Of a stretch of DNA of 64,000 bases, positions 10,847-21,926 are shown piece by piece. The notes under the pieces are model-generated. The model searched no databases, had not been told where the DNA came from, and saw only the letters and a program-made list of their open reading frames with translations. The stretch is taken from assembly GCA_963765895.1 (NCBI GenBank), contig CAVXZB010000038.1, forward strand, positions 32,001 through 96,000, written 5' to 3'. Positions within the stretch are counted from its first letter, which is position 1, and every line of letters begins with the position of its first letter. A program made the translations under genes and the position numbers. Source of the stretch: an uncultured Nitrososphaeraceae archaeon (GTDB lineage: Archaea > Thermoproteota > Nitrososphaeria > Nitrososphaerales > Nitrososphaeraceae).

Positions 10847-12244
10847 TCAGGTACCGTCTTGCTCTTTTATTCCCTTTGAATAATAGAGTTCGTTCAAAAC
10901 CTCATGCAAAATTTCCTTCACATTTTCGTCATCCATGGGCACTTGTTCTTGTTCGATGTCTATTGAACGACTGTGTGGAGCGTCCAGTCGCTTTTGAAGT
11001 TCCTTTTCCATCTCCGACACACCAATAGCCCTCAAAAGTCCTAGTTGGTTTGATGCATTCCTGTAAAATTCTTTTCTCAACTGTGAATCTCTTGATATTC
11101 TTTTAGCTGAAGAATGAATACCGACAAATAAGAGATACGATCCTAAGGGTATCAAAGTTTGTGTCGTGAAGCCAAAGGGCGGATAGACATGATATTGTAA
11201 TGGTGATATTTCGAAGGTCGCAAAGAGGATAGCCATTCCTACCGAGGAGATAAGAAGTGTTTTACGAGTTGTTGCATCATAAACAAGATCGGAGGCGGTC
11301 AAAAAGACCAGACTGAACAATAAAGCACCAACTTGTTTTGTAGCACTAAATATTAGGATATAGGTGATAGTATATGAGATCGATGAGTTCTGTAATAAGG
11401 ACAGGAAAACATCTTCAAAATACCCTTGCAAAGGAAAAATGTAGTATATTAACGGTATGCCCATAAATAAAAGGAACTTAATCCTACCAAACTTGCGTCG
11501 ATACTGACGTAATAATATTACCGTGGCGGACCACATAAGCAAAAATGAAGTCAAGGAAAGAGCATCAAAAACCGAAGATAACGATTCTGTAATTGGTAAA
11601 CCTGGAAGATTCGTTACATATGACGTAATTGGGTGCAATGTTATATCTGATACAGATGAAATTGATAGGTAAGAGTCTACGTAAATTAGTGATATAATCA
11701 AATTCACAGAAGCAATTGTGAATGACAGTGTATACAAGATTATTCCCAAATTTTTATTTGAAGTCAACCAACTCATGAATAGAAAAGACAGTAACGAGAG
11801 AAATACTAGTCCGCAAATATGGCTAATGTAGACCTCGGCTCTGAGAAAGACGGTTTTATATATGCCTTGGAAAAAAATCTGGAGAATAATCAGCATCATT
11901 ATTGCGATGCTCGAGAACTGTACTGCAACAATTAAGTTATGATACAACTTAGTTGGAATTGTTGACTTATACTCATAACTTGAAATAACATGTTTAGCTG
12001 CGTTTAGGAGTATAATGCTACTGACAACAAGTACTATAAAAAAAATCACAAAAATAATAACATTCCACGATGTTCCCAGTTCGAATCCGCTATACGAAGT
12101 AAATTTCACGATTGTTGTATCAATTACCACAAGAGTTGTGAAAATTAATATAAAAATAATTGATGACTTTTTGCTAATCTCAAAATTTACATTCCTTACA
12201 ATCTTGTCTCTCAAGCTACTAAGCAAAGGAAAGAAAGTACGCAA
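10847..12244 (-). CDS. Uncharacterised polytopic membrane protein (about 10-11 TM) with soluble C-terminal tail
   Basis: 465 aa with many hydrophobic segments; YPPFG loop and ISRDSQLRKE...LLRAIGVSEMEKEL tail; decayed paralogue at 33343. Confidence 0.85.
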   Translation of the reverse strand: MRTFFPLLSSLRDKIVRNVNFEISKKSSIIFILIFTTLVVIDTTIVKFTSYSGFELGTSWNVIIFVIFFIVLVVSSIILLNAAKHVISSYEYKSTIPTKLYHNLIVAVQFSSIAIMMLIILQIFFQGIYKTVFLRAEVYISHICGLVFLSLLSFLFMSWLTSNKNLGIILYTLSFTIASVNLIISLIYVDSYLSISSVSDITLHPITSYVTNLPGLPITESLSSVFDALSLTSFLLMWSATVILLRQYRRKFGRIKFLLFMGIPLIYYIFPLQGYFEDVFLSLLQNSSISYTITYILIFSATKQVGALLFSLVFLTASDLVYDATTRKTLLISSVGMAILFATFEISPLQYHVYPPFGFTTQTLIPLGSYLLFVGIHSSAKRISRDSQLRKEFYRNASNQLGLLRAIGVSEMEKELQKRLDAPHSRSIDIEQEQVPMDDENVKEILHEVLNELYYSKGIKEQDGT

Positions 12245-12320
12245 AGATAAGATACGGAAAGCTATTCCTCTAGTTTAGCTTATCGAAATTCATAATAATA
12301 GCTCAGGGCTAGTTATCTTT

Positions 12321-13154
12321 ATGGACGCAAGCATAGTCTGTTGCCAGATCCGAGCTCCTAATGCATATTCGTGTTTATTAATCGTGCTTTCTTTTGTTAT
12401 GATACTTTGTATTGCTTCCTTTGTACCTAAGAGTGTATATGGTGTCACCTTCTTTTCGAAAAGTGAAAAACCCTTTGGAGTATCATATGATGATTGGGTT
12501 TCTAAATTCTTTAATTGGGACTTTTCCTTAAATGATAGGGAATTCAAGCCGCATAGCGGCGGATGCTTGCATAATAATGCGGGTTCAATGGTCATGCTAA
12601 TGAGTACTGTCGAAGATAGCGCACCTCTTCAGCAGTGCAAGATTTCATCTCAACAGGGGATAATGATACCGCTTTGGATTGCATGGTGCGACAATAAAAA
12701 TGATTTGTCGAAGCTTAGGGATCCTAGTGCCTTAGGAGTGAGTCTCGACCATCAACTGACTGACTGTTCAAGGTTATACAACTTAGGAAACATTAAATCC
12801 AATGTGATAGTCGATGGTGTTCCTGTCGCCAGGCTGGATGTTACACAGTCACTAGTTCCAGGATCCGGTGGTAAGGTATATTACAAAATAAACTCTATGA
12901 AGAATGTTACTGAACTTTACTCGAAAGGATTTGATGCTACTTTACCGCCTGATACCCATCAATCAAGTAACAATCCGGGCAATGTACGTGCTGGAAGTCA
13001 AGGATGGTGGGTCTTTTTGAAACCGCTTGCAGTTGGAAGCCATTCTGTCGTATACAATATTCTGGTCACTCCAACGGGTGCAATGACCTCGCCCGGGACT
13101 AGTATTCATGGAGCGACGATTCCCTACACTCTTTCTGTGGGCAATCCTTCATGA
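12321..13154 (+). CDS. Exported member of the Trp-rich uncharacterised family
   Basis: Hydrophobic N-terminal signal ending VYG; KPFGVSYDDWVSKFFNW, QCKISSQQGIMIPL, QGWWVFLKPLAVGSH; extra Cys residues; true start may be slightly downstream. Confidence 0.85.
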   Translation: MDASIVCCQIRAPNAYSCLLIVLSFVMILCIASFVPKSVYGVTFFSKSEKPFGVSYDDWVSKFFNWDFSLNDREFKPHSGGCLHNNAGSMVMLMSTVEDSAPLQQCKISSQQGIMIPLWIAWCDNKNDLSKLRDPSALGVSLDHQLTDCSRLYNLGNIKSNVIVDGVPVARLDVTQSLVPGSGGKVYYKINSMKNVTELYSKGFDATLPPDTHQSSNNPGNVRAGSQGWWVFLKPLAVGSHSVVYNILVTPTGAMTSPGTSIHGATIPYTLSVGNPS

Positions 13155-13599
13155 GTCTATAAGCATAATTCCTTCTATCCGGAACCCTTCTGTAGAAGTA
13201 TACTCATTAATTCAATTGCAGATATATGAGCATAAGAATGCCCTAATCTTGTATAGAATATGTGAAGATAAATTCGTATCCTTCGTCTTCATTACTAACG
13301 ATTCTCGATCTTTAATTTCAAAGTACATTTGGTTTTAGTATGCATTCCTGCTCAGTTGATTGAATAAATTAAATCGAGATGTCTTTGTTCAAGTTATCGC
13401 CATAGGGTTTGTCGGAGCTATCTGACTCCTTCTGAACTATTGAATCCTTTCGAATAAATCCCGTTACTTGTGCACAAGTCCTTGTTCTGATGTACCTATA
13501 CTTTAAGGAGCGCAACTTTAATATGATCAATTACAAAAGGCAGAGACAAAATTGTGACTTTCAATTCTAATTAGACAAGATACGTAAGAAATATTCTCA

Positions 13600-14308
13600 T
13601 TAAGGTATGCTTCTATTCTTGATGATTTCAATTACCTCTTCATCAGAAACGGTTTGAAAATTATGATAATACTGTTCCACCGAGTAACACATAGATGGAG
13701 CCCTAATAATGGCCTCAACTTCAGCCCCACATTCCTTTTCCAGTAAAACGATTGTACTATTTGGAGCAACGGGAACAGCAACTATAAGACGCTTCGGTTC
13801 GATCTCATCCATTCTTAACCATCGTGCAGCAGCAATGATAGTTGCTCCAGTAGCTGCTCCGTCATCTACCAAAATTACTGTTCTCTCATTAAGAAGATGG
13901 TGAAGTCCTTTTCGTGGCTTCTTAAAATAAAGCTCATTTCTTCGCTTAATCTCTTGTATTTGTTCTGTTGTTTCTTTCTCTAAATAGTCTAATGATATCT
14001 GGAGACAGTCAACTAACTTCTGATTAATATATTTAATACCATCTTCTGTAACTGCACCTAACGCAAGCTCATGATTATTTGGGTGCGTAATTCGTCTTGA
14101 TATAAGAGTATCGAATGACGATGTGGACAATTTATTAGCAATAATGTTGGCAGTTATTGTTCCTCCTCTAGGTATCCCTAATACTATAGCGGTTTTTTGT
14201 TCAGTTCTGTTCAGTCTATCCTTTAACGAATCGCCTATTACAGAAGCAGGCAGCAGCTCTGTCTCTAAATTTCAATCGAAGTTTTCTTTTAAGCAAACCA
14301 ATTATCAT
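13600..14308 (-). pseudogene. Phosphoribosyltransferase (type I PRT), frameshifted near the N-terminus
   Basis: KFRDRAAA / VLGIPRGG...ELALGAVTEDG...VILVDDGAATGAT...LIVAVPVAP; frameshift near 14250. Confidence 0.85.
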
Positions 14309-14814
14309 CTCTAACAGACAACTAATGCTATGATGATCAATGACTGAAATAAATGTATTAGAGAAGTCAACTAGCAAGTTGATTAGTTTAGCGACCATCT
14401 ATGATATGCTGAGAGTAGAAATGATTTGCTCGACTGCGAAGATAAGCAAAAATTCGAAAGGAGGAAGTAATGACATTCGAGAAATGATTTTGTATGTCAA
14501 TAATGGGCTTGCAAACAATTGGACTTACTAGATACCAAAGGTTAGCATTTATTGATTGTCGTAAGCTGATTTATTTCCTAAATAGATCTTTAATCTTATC
14601 TACCTCTTGATTATTTGACTCGAGTTCTCATTGACAACGACGCTACGATATATATTATTCCTAAATTCGAGAGGTTATATTGCCATAGAGTGGGTTGTCG
14701 GGATAATGCGAGGTACAGCTTGTTACGCTTTATCTCTCATTCGGCATCAAAATAAAACCGGAAATGATATTAACCTGATTAAATATTATAATAAAGTGTC
14801 CATGGTATAAGAAT

Positions 14815-15711
14815 ATGAGTGAGAATATGAATAGTGAAATGAAAGATTTTATGAGCGAAGAGGATATTGAGAGTTATTTTGTTAAGGACTCGTCACTGGC
14901 TAAATCATTGGGTGAAGACAGGTCTCAAAATAGGTTTTATAAGTGGATAAAAAAGGTGATCCATCTGAGTTAACATATGATCATATGTCGCCAATATCTG
15001 ATGTGATGGATCAAAATAACAATGCGATCTTCGACTGTGATACTATAACTGATGAATGGTTTAAGTGGTTCTATACAATTCCAGGGTCTATGAGTCCTGG
15101 TGAACATCCTGGTACGTTATACGGTGACACTAATAGATATGGAGCCTTTTTATTCACCAATAGAAACGTAAAGGTGTACTTTGCTGCGGTAACCCCTTTT
15201 CAGAAACCGGACATCCGAACAATTACGATAACGAATAAAGCTCCTCTTTTGGTTCCGGTTTATAACGTTTCTGCATCTCGAGAGAGCTATCCTGATAAAA
15301 GTGACGAGGATTTGTTAAAGCTTGTCAAACATGATCTCTCTGGTGTACGACCTGCATCCTTTTGGGCATCATTCGACGATTATGACAAAGATTCCAACAA
15401 GTTATACGGTTGCTGTGTTATAAGAAAAACTCCACTTATGATTACAGTACCCGAACATCCGGGATAATATATTCGGAATTCCGGAAGAGAGGCTCCTAAG
15501 AAGTGAAGGGGTTACTCATACTTTTCATGGTGGCTATTGGTTATTAATTAAAGAATCTGCACTCACCCCCGGAGAACATCTGTTGCAATTCAATGCAGAA
15601 TCGAGGAATTATGAGATTCAAGCCAAGATTCTTGTCCGGGTCTTGTACCGATCCGACTTAACCATACCTGGATTTTCAGGTGTCACGAACTTCTGCTACA
15701 CGAAATTTTGA
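14815..15711 (+). pseudogene. Cytoplasmic Trp-rich family paralogue with N-terminal extension, split by two frameshifts
   Basis: Small ORF from 14815 (MSENMNSEMKDF...FYKWIKK) shifts at an A-run near 14950 into ORF 14943-15467 (DEWFKWFYTIP, LLVPVYN), which shifts near 15462 into DNIFGIP...HGGYWLLIKESALTPGEHLL, stop 15711. Confidence 0.75.
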
Positions 15712-16481
15712 CAGCTTAAATTCCTAACCTAGGGTATGATGCGGGTATCGAGCGATCGAGCTCAGCACTTCCTATATAAGCCCACCTATGCAAATATTAA
15801 CACAATACGCCAAAATAGCCTTGAATATCAAATCTTTATTTCATGAATATGAAGAATCAAGTCACGGACTCATGATTTCGAGTACGAAAAGCATATAATC
15901 ATCATTCGTACATAGGAGTACTACCACAGGCACTAGTATGGAATCAGAATACAAGAGAAGTTATATGGAGTTTTCGGGTGTTGTCTATTATATAAAGGAA
16001 TTTTCAGATTGATCGCAGGGCATTCTTTCAGCATGTATATACTTCTTACTATACATAAATTTATCAAATGAAGTCACGGTCAGAGAAATAAATTTTACCT
16101 CGTACCAATTTCTGCACAATTTTCAATTAATCTACAAGACTGTCATCTACATGCTTTCAAATAAATGCATGAAAGGTAGTCAGTTTGCTAATCGTGGTAC
16201 TCAGTATTTTGTTAGTGAATAACTCGCCATAGAAACACAGGATCTAATTCAAATTTGATAGACGAAACCCCTTTTTTTTCCGGCATTCAGTGCTACCAAT
16301 TTAATACATCGTGATCAGTACTCCATAGCCTTATTATGAAAGCAGAGACAACCTAAACTACTAAGGCAAAATATTACAGACTAAAGTCAAGTATATTTTC
16401 AGACTATCGAATTAAAAAGGGATTTGTTGGCTCTCGTCACACATCTGATTATTATTATGGGAGTTTATTCGTAAGACATCT

Positions 16482-17341
16482 ATGGATAAAAAAAATTTGA
16501 TTATAATAAGTTTTATTATTCTAATTGGAGTATCGCTACTAATTTATTTTTACTATTTCCAAAAAAATCAGATTTCCCCAACCATATTCAGACATATTTT
16601 CAAGGTAAAAGAAATTTATCCTACAAAACATGGTGGGAGGGAATGGTTCCTCGACAGAAATAATCCAACAAGTGATGGTATATTTGATCCGGGTTCACCG
16701 ATAAGACAACGAGCCGATGCATCTTGGGAAATAAACGGAAACCTTAGGCCCGGTAACAAATATGAGGATCAAGTTAGAATGACTGTCGGAACACCAAACA
16801 GTCAGGAGCAGTGGAAGAATGTGGAGATAACAGGATATGCCAGAGTATTATCAGCTGACTCTAACTCAGATGATTTAGATTGGTATGCAAGAGGTGGAAC
16901 TCATAGCAGCGATGTTCCTTGTGAGGGTACCGCATTAAAAGGAAGTATTTCTGTTGACGGAGAGGTATCCTGGCTAAAGGAGATATGGCATACCGGAGGT
17001 TATACTAGGCCTAAAGATACCCATAAGGTCACAGATTCCATACTTAATAGGTGGGTCGGTTGGAAGGTAGTGATGTATAACATTCATGATAACAAGGCAG
17101 TAAAAATGGAGTCATATCTTGATAATAATGATGATAACCATTGGAAAAAGGTATCTGAATTGGTCGATGATGGGGGTTGTATGCGAGAAGTTCAAATGAA
17201 GAGTTTTACAGTGCAAATTGCAACAGAGCAAAAGACTATATAATTACGAATTCCGGACCGTTTGTAACATTCCGATCAGATAATATGGACTGGGACTTCG
17301 CAGACCTCAGCGTAAGAGAAATCGAGCCACCATCGCAATAG
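16482..17341 (+). pseudogene. Membrane-anchored beta-sandwich (lectin/carbohydrate-binding-like) protein, frameshifted
   Basis: N-terminal TM; KEIYPTK.GGREWF, WKNVEITGY, YARGG.H, CEGTALKG, KEIWHTGGYT; shift in the G-run at about 17172 continues ...GPFVTFRSDNMDWDFADLSVREIEPPSQ*; fold is inference. Confidence 0.7.
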
Positions 17342-17743
17342 CACTTCAACATACCTTTTCCTTACATTCCAACATGGAAATATCTTTTGATTTGTAGAAA
17401 TAAAATTCTATAAATCAACAAACATAATCTTGCATCAATACCAAGTATTTGGCAGAGACGTCAAAGAAGTACTGGTTCTAACCCGTAGTCGATCTTAGCA
17501 TCGAACTGTGAATTGCCTAATTCTAATATCGAGAAATTATATTATTATAAGTCAAAGCAGTATAAATTTGATAGTGTCCATTATGCTATCTAGCGTACAA
17601 ATCATCAAGATTTAATTTGCCCAAATTAGGTAATGCATCTCAAAAGACAGTCGAGCAATCCCGAAAATCTGTATTATGATAATTATATCAAGTGGGTGTT
17701 ACCCCATGAATAACTGCTATGGTTTATACTTTATTTGTTTAGA

Positions 17744-18106
17744 CTAGACTGTCAACTTACTTTGGGAATGTGTATGATTTTCATTCCAGTGTTTCAGAAA
17801 TGCGTCGATATTTCTGTCCAGTGCTTCTTTTGAGTGAAGAAGAAATGATCCACCAAATTCCCAACCCAATTTGTCACATTCCAGACACTCCTTTTGATAT
17901 GTAGGACTATTACCATGTGCTTCGCCGACAACACATTTTGAAGGATGATCAAGTTCGTAATACCATTTAAACCATGTGAAAGTTAATGGAAATGGTAGTT
18001 TGTTACCTGGTTCCAATCTATTAGCCCATTTTGGCGCAAGTTCCTTCAGAGTCAATGGTCTAACTGGGTTTTGTACTTCCAAACCAAAATCAGTAGTGAG
18101 TGACAT
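17744..18106 (-). CDS. Hypothetical protein with conserved-looking C/H motifs
   Basis: 120 aa; LAPKWA, CVVGEAHG, CLECDKLG, FLKHWNENH. Confidence 0.75.
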   Translation of the reverse strand: MSLTTDFGLEVQNPVRPLTLKELAPKWANRLEPGNKLPFPLTFTWFKWYYELDHPSKCVVGEAHGNSPTYQKECLECDKLGWEFGGSFLLHSKEALDRNIDAFLKHWNENHTHSQSKLTV

Positions 18107-18424
18107 CTAACATATATCTATACAATGTTTGAATATTAAATGTATCTGGCCAAAAACCAGATGTAAAGATCACAGTCTAACGTCGGTAAGACATTGAAAT
18201 CGCGCTTAGAGCCCTGGTGGTCTGGTTTGAGGGTCATACACATACGATGGTCTAGTTATAAGGTAGCCAATAATGACAAAAATGTTGAAGGTTGAAAGAA
18301 TCACCTATTGTATGAGCCTTATATCCAAACCATATGTTGATAATCTTCTTATCAAACCTGATAATCTTTGAATTCTAAATCTAGCGGGGATAGGTTTAAT
18401 TCGCAATTATGATAATTTAAAGGC

Positions 18425-18709
18425 ATGACCTTTAGTCTGAGAAAGGCAATATCGAGTACTCACAGAAACCGCCTCAACAGGACTTTGCATATTATAGGTC
18501 TACCGATCTACATTGTGGGATGGACCCTAATGATCGGATTTTTTGCAGGATTAAATACTAATCCTATTATGGGAGTCGCGATATGGTCATTAGCAATTTG
18601 TTTTTTCCTGACTGGTCATAAGATAGAAGGTAACTTGAGAGCAATGACACTGATCATATTATTCAAGTACCTGAAGTCAAAGATCTCGATACCATTACTA
18701 GCGCGATAA
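18425..18709 (+). CDS. Small membrane protein, DUF962/Mpo1-like
   Basis: H.N.LNR.LHIIGLP ... GH.IEGN motif and two TM segments. Confidence 0.7.
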   Translation: MTFSLRKAISSTHRNRLNRTLHIIGLPIYIVGWTLMIGFFAGLNTNPIMGVAIWSLAICFFLTGHKIEGNLRAMTLIILFKYLKSKISIPLLAR

Positions 18710-19000
18710 TAGTGCTATGCGTCAGTTGGCCAAGACTAAATCCTTCAAGTCATAATTGATATCGTGTTAGAGTACAAACAACTATACTATCTCTCGCTTA
18801 CTTCACAGGTGTTGTCTCCTTGCACGATTATCGAAGTTTATAGATCTAGCGTTCGTTTTCCCTACGAAGTAAAAGATCAATACATCAGACTATGATTAGG
18901 CATGTCAGGAGCCTAGATATCGGATGTCAATAAAAAAAGGGTTGATAATTATAAAAATTGTATACTGGGTAAACTATACCCAGAGGCAAGGTAAATAGCC

Positions 19001-19439
19001 CTATTTATTATTCTTCTTCTTTTTGCCAGAAGACGCTCTCTTGACTGTTTCAATTGTTTGTGGAGCCGCTTCTTTTACTTGCTGAGCCGTCCCCTTGACT
19101 GTTTCGGCAATCTCATGTGCAGCAGTCGTTGTCTCGTCTATAGTACCTAGCAGTATCTCTAATTACACCGCGATCCCTAAGATCTTTTGCAGTTTCATTT
19201 ATTTCTCTTGTAGTGTCACGCGCAGCAATCATTGCTTCCGAGATTGCAGCGGTAAGTTCATTTATAGCACCACTTTGTCTCAGAACCCGCACAGTATCTC
19301 GAGTCTTATTTGAGGCCTCACGAATATTACTAGCGATATTTTTAATAGAGTCTATAGTTTTTTGCGTTTTCTCATCAAGAGTGACAGTTGATTTATCAGT
19401 CTCCTCCTCTCTTTCATGTATTGATGATGATGATGACAT
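19001..19439 (-). pseudogene. Helical/coiled-coil hypothetical protein, frameshifted
   Basis: ORF 19113-19439 continues in another frame (TIDETTTAAHEIAETVKGTAQQVKEAAPQ...KKKKNNK*, stop 19001). Confidence 0.65.
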
Positions 19440-19563
19440 TACAAGTGTATTCTTATATCTAATACTATTTTAATGTGCGTCGCATGGCAACATAGAATAA
19501 TCAAATTTTTAGCCATTCTAACCGCAAATCAAGTTTGAAATTTTATAATTCATTAGCCGGCAG

Positions 19564-20230
19564 GGCTCTGTTCACTTAAGCGGTTTTAGCTCCTTGTTAT
19601 GATAATCAATAAATAAATTCATCCAATTTTTTACATGTTCTAGTTTGCAATTCCTCAGTCTACAAGGAAAATAGTCATCAAAACATTCTGTTCTATCCTT
19701 TACATACTGTATTGTCCTTTCAATCAGACTTTTCTCTCATGAGGAATGAATATGGTGTCTTAGCTTTAGGTATCTACAGGCTTGTGGATACCATGTACCT
19801 CCATCTGTGGAAACTGGATGTTTTCCATGAACCTTCGCTAGATTTGAAATAAACCTCTCTGCAATGAGCATGTTTCTTTCCTTTGATATAGATAGTGTTA
19901 GAATATTCCTGTTTTCTGGCTCAATAGCAACCCAGAGCCAGACATATTCTGAACCAACTTTAAGCAATGTTTCATCAACTATGTATTCTGATATCCTTTT
20001 GCTTTTTGATGATATCTTTATGGGATGATACTTTTGTATCCAATTCCATATTGTTACATGGTTTCGTTTGATGTAATAAGACAATCGTTGAGCCGTTCTT
20101 CTAAGCGATAAGCCTGAAAAATACAAATACATACCACAACATACGTATTCTGGAGGCGTTTTATTTCTAGTAAGCACAAACGGAATAAGGCGTCTTCAAG
20201 CTATAGATTTATCGTTAAGTGAACAGAGCC
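19564..20230 (-). mobile_element. IS6-family insertion sequence, complete ends (667 bp)
   Basis: Perfect 16-bp TIRs GGCTCTGTTCACTTAA (19564-19579) / TTAAGTGAACAGAGCC (20215-20230); 8-bp flanking direct repeat GCCGGCAG (19556-19563) / GCTGGCAG (20231-20238), one mismatch. Confidence 0.93.
19572..20177 (-). pseudogene. IS6-family DDE transposase with an internal TGA
   Basis: LYFSGLSLR, HVTIWNWIQK, VDETLLKVG...WLWVAI, STDGGTWYP; TGA at 19737-19739, then in frame EKSLIERTIQYVKDRTECFDDYFPC to a stop inside the left TIR. Confidence 0.9.
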
Positions 20231-20277
20231 GCTGGCAGTAAGGACATACTTAAATCAAAGCCTAGGAATTTTCTCTC

Positions 20278-21522
20278 ATGGCTGAAAGTGAGTTCCTGGT
20301 AACATTCATGCTTAGTTTTAGCCTGTTATTAGTTGTCATATCTGCAGTACAGCGTTACACTAGAAACTTTATCATACCCGGGGTAACAATCCTGATGTTT
20401 CTTGGGGCAATCCTGACCTCAGTTCCTAATGTTGGTTTCAAAATTGAGGAATTTTACAAATTTATTGAACAGATTCCTGATATCATATTACTAGTTATTA
20501 TTCCGATTTTAATTTTTGAATCTGGACGCAAATTAAAGATAGGACAGATAAAAAAAGAAGCTGTCCCAGTTGGTTTTTTTGCAATCATTGGAGTAATAAT
20601 AACTATCATAATTATAGGATTAGGAGTTACTAGTGTATTTCACGTTCCATTTATAGATGCCTTGCTATTTGGGACTATTCTGGCAGCCACTGATCCTGTA
20701 GCTGTAGGTATCATATTCAAAAAATTTCCGATTCCATACAAACTCAATACAATCATTGAGGGAGAGTCATTATTTAATGATGCGACTGGAGTTATCTCTT
20801 TTAATGTTATTAAAGGAATAATCTTCTCAGGTGTTGCCTATTCCTTACTGGATGTGTCTCTCTCTTTTATCTGGTCAATGGTAGGTGCAATTGCTCTTGG
20901 TACCGGAATCGGTTGGATTGGGGGAAAAATACTTAACAAATGGAAGGCTGATGGATACGTCGATTTCACATTTTCCTTAGGTCTGGCAATAGGTGGATAT
21001 ATTATCGCTGACCACTATCTACACGTTTCTGGGGTAGTTACCACTTTGTTTACTGCAATGCTTATCATTACCAAACATAAAGAGATTTCAACTGGAGTCA
21101 GAAAACAGTTTCACAAATACTGGGACTACCTAGGTTTTATCACAAACAGCGTCTTGTTCTTCCTTGTTGGCATTCCTTTGCTTACGGTGGAAAAAGCTGA
21201 AAGTGTCGGCGTTACACTATTCCTTATTGTAGTTGCTCCTTTTGCAGTTATGATGATATCGAGAGCTATGGTAGTTTACGGTGGAAGTATATTCTTAAGA
21301 ATCTTTAGAGTTAGAATCCCTCTTCAATGGCAAAATATCCTTACGCTTGGAGGGTTAAGAGGAGGCATGGCAGTAGCATTAGTTCTCTCACTTGCTGCAA
21401 ATTATCAATTCAAGGAACTATTTATCAGTTTGATTATACCCCTAATTGCGATTAACCTGGTAGTTAACCCTATTTTATTAAATCAGTACCTGAAAAAATC
21501 AAGCATTACAAAGAATACATGA
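20278..21522 (+). CDS. Na+/H+ antiporter, CPA1 (NhaP/NhaG) family
   Basis: About 12 TM; ILAATDPVAV, IIEGESLFNDATG, HVSGVV, GGLRGGMAVALVLSL. Confidence 0.93.
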   Translation: MAESEFLVTFMLSFSLLLVVISAVQRYTRNFIIPGVTILMFLGAILTSVPNVGFKIEEFYKFIEQIPDIILLVIIPILIFESGRKLKIGQIKKEAVPVGFFAIIGVIITIIIIGLGVTSVFHVPFIDALLFGTILAATDPVAVGIIFKKFPIPYKLNTIIEGESLFNDATGVISFNVIKGIIFSGVAYSLLDVSLSFIWSMVGAIALGTGIGWIGGKILNKWKADGYVDFTFSLGLAIGGYIIADHYLHVSGVVTTLFTAMLIITKHKEISTGVRKQFHKYWDYLGFITNSVLFFLVGIPLLTVEKAESVGVTLFLIVVAPFAVMMISRAMVVYGGSIFLRIFRVRIPLQWQNILTLGGLRGGMAVALVLSLAANYQFKELFISLIIPLIAINLVVNPILLNQYLKKSSITKNT

Positions 21523-21926
21523 AAAGTGAACTTTATGGATCCAATGCAAATAAAAAAAGACTTATTATTCAAGGAAGTATCTAATTCGACAGCTCTCGGT
21601 TTAGCATTTATTTTTATCAAAAATTTAATCTAGTGTATGACTATATGAATATAAAAAAAGAGAGATAATTCACAAACCAAAAAACTGGTTATGAGATATC
21701 ATAAATGCTGCTTACTAAACTAGAATAACATCTCAAGTAAACCTATAGTTGATGATTGAGAATTTGATATATCCGATAATCGGGTTCGTAGGAACTTTAT
21801 TGGGACTTGAGGCAGCATGGCACTTTACAGCTTGCAGGATACCTGACAGATCAATAAAACCCTGTGTCTACAGACAGGTAAAGTTAGCTCTTGCCAGGGC
21901 AGCATAGTTGAGAGTGAGAATAGATA

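Noticed and set aside
19737-19739. In-frame TGA in the IS6 transposase and in the MCO (52556-52558) as possible recoding (Sec or Trp)
   Set aside because: Positions do not correspond to conserved Cys or Trp, TGA terminates many intact genes here, and no SECIS-like element was seen; simple nonsense mutations explain them
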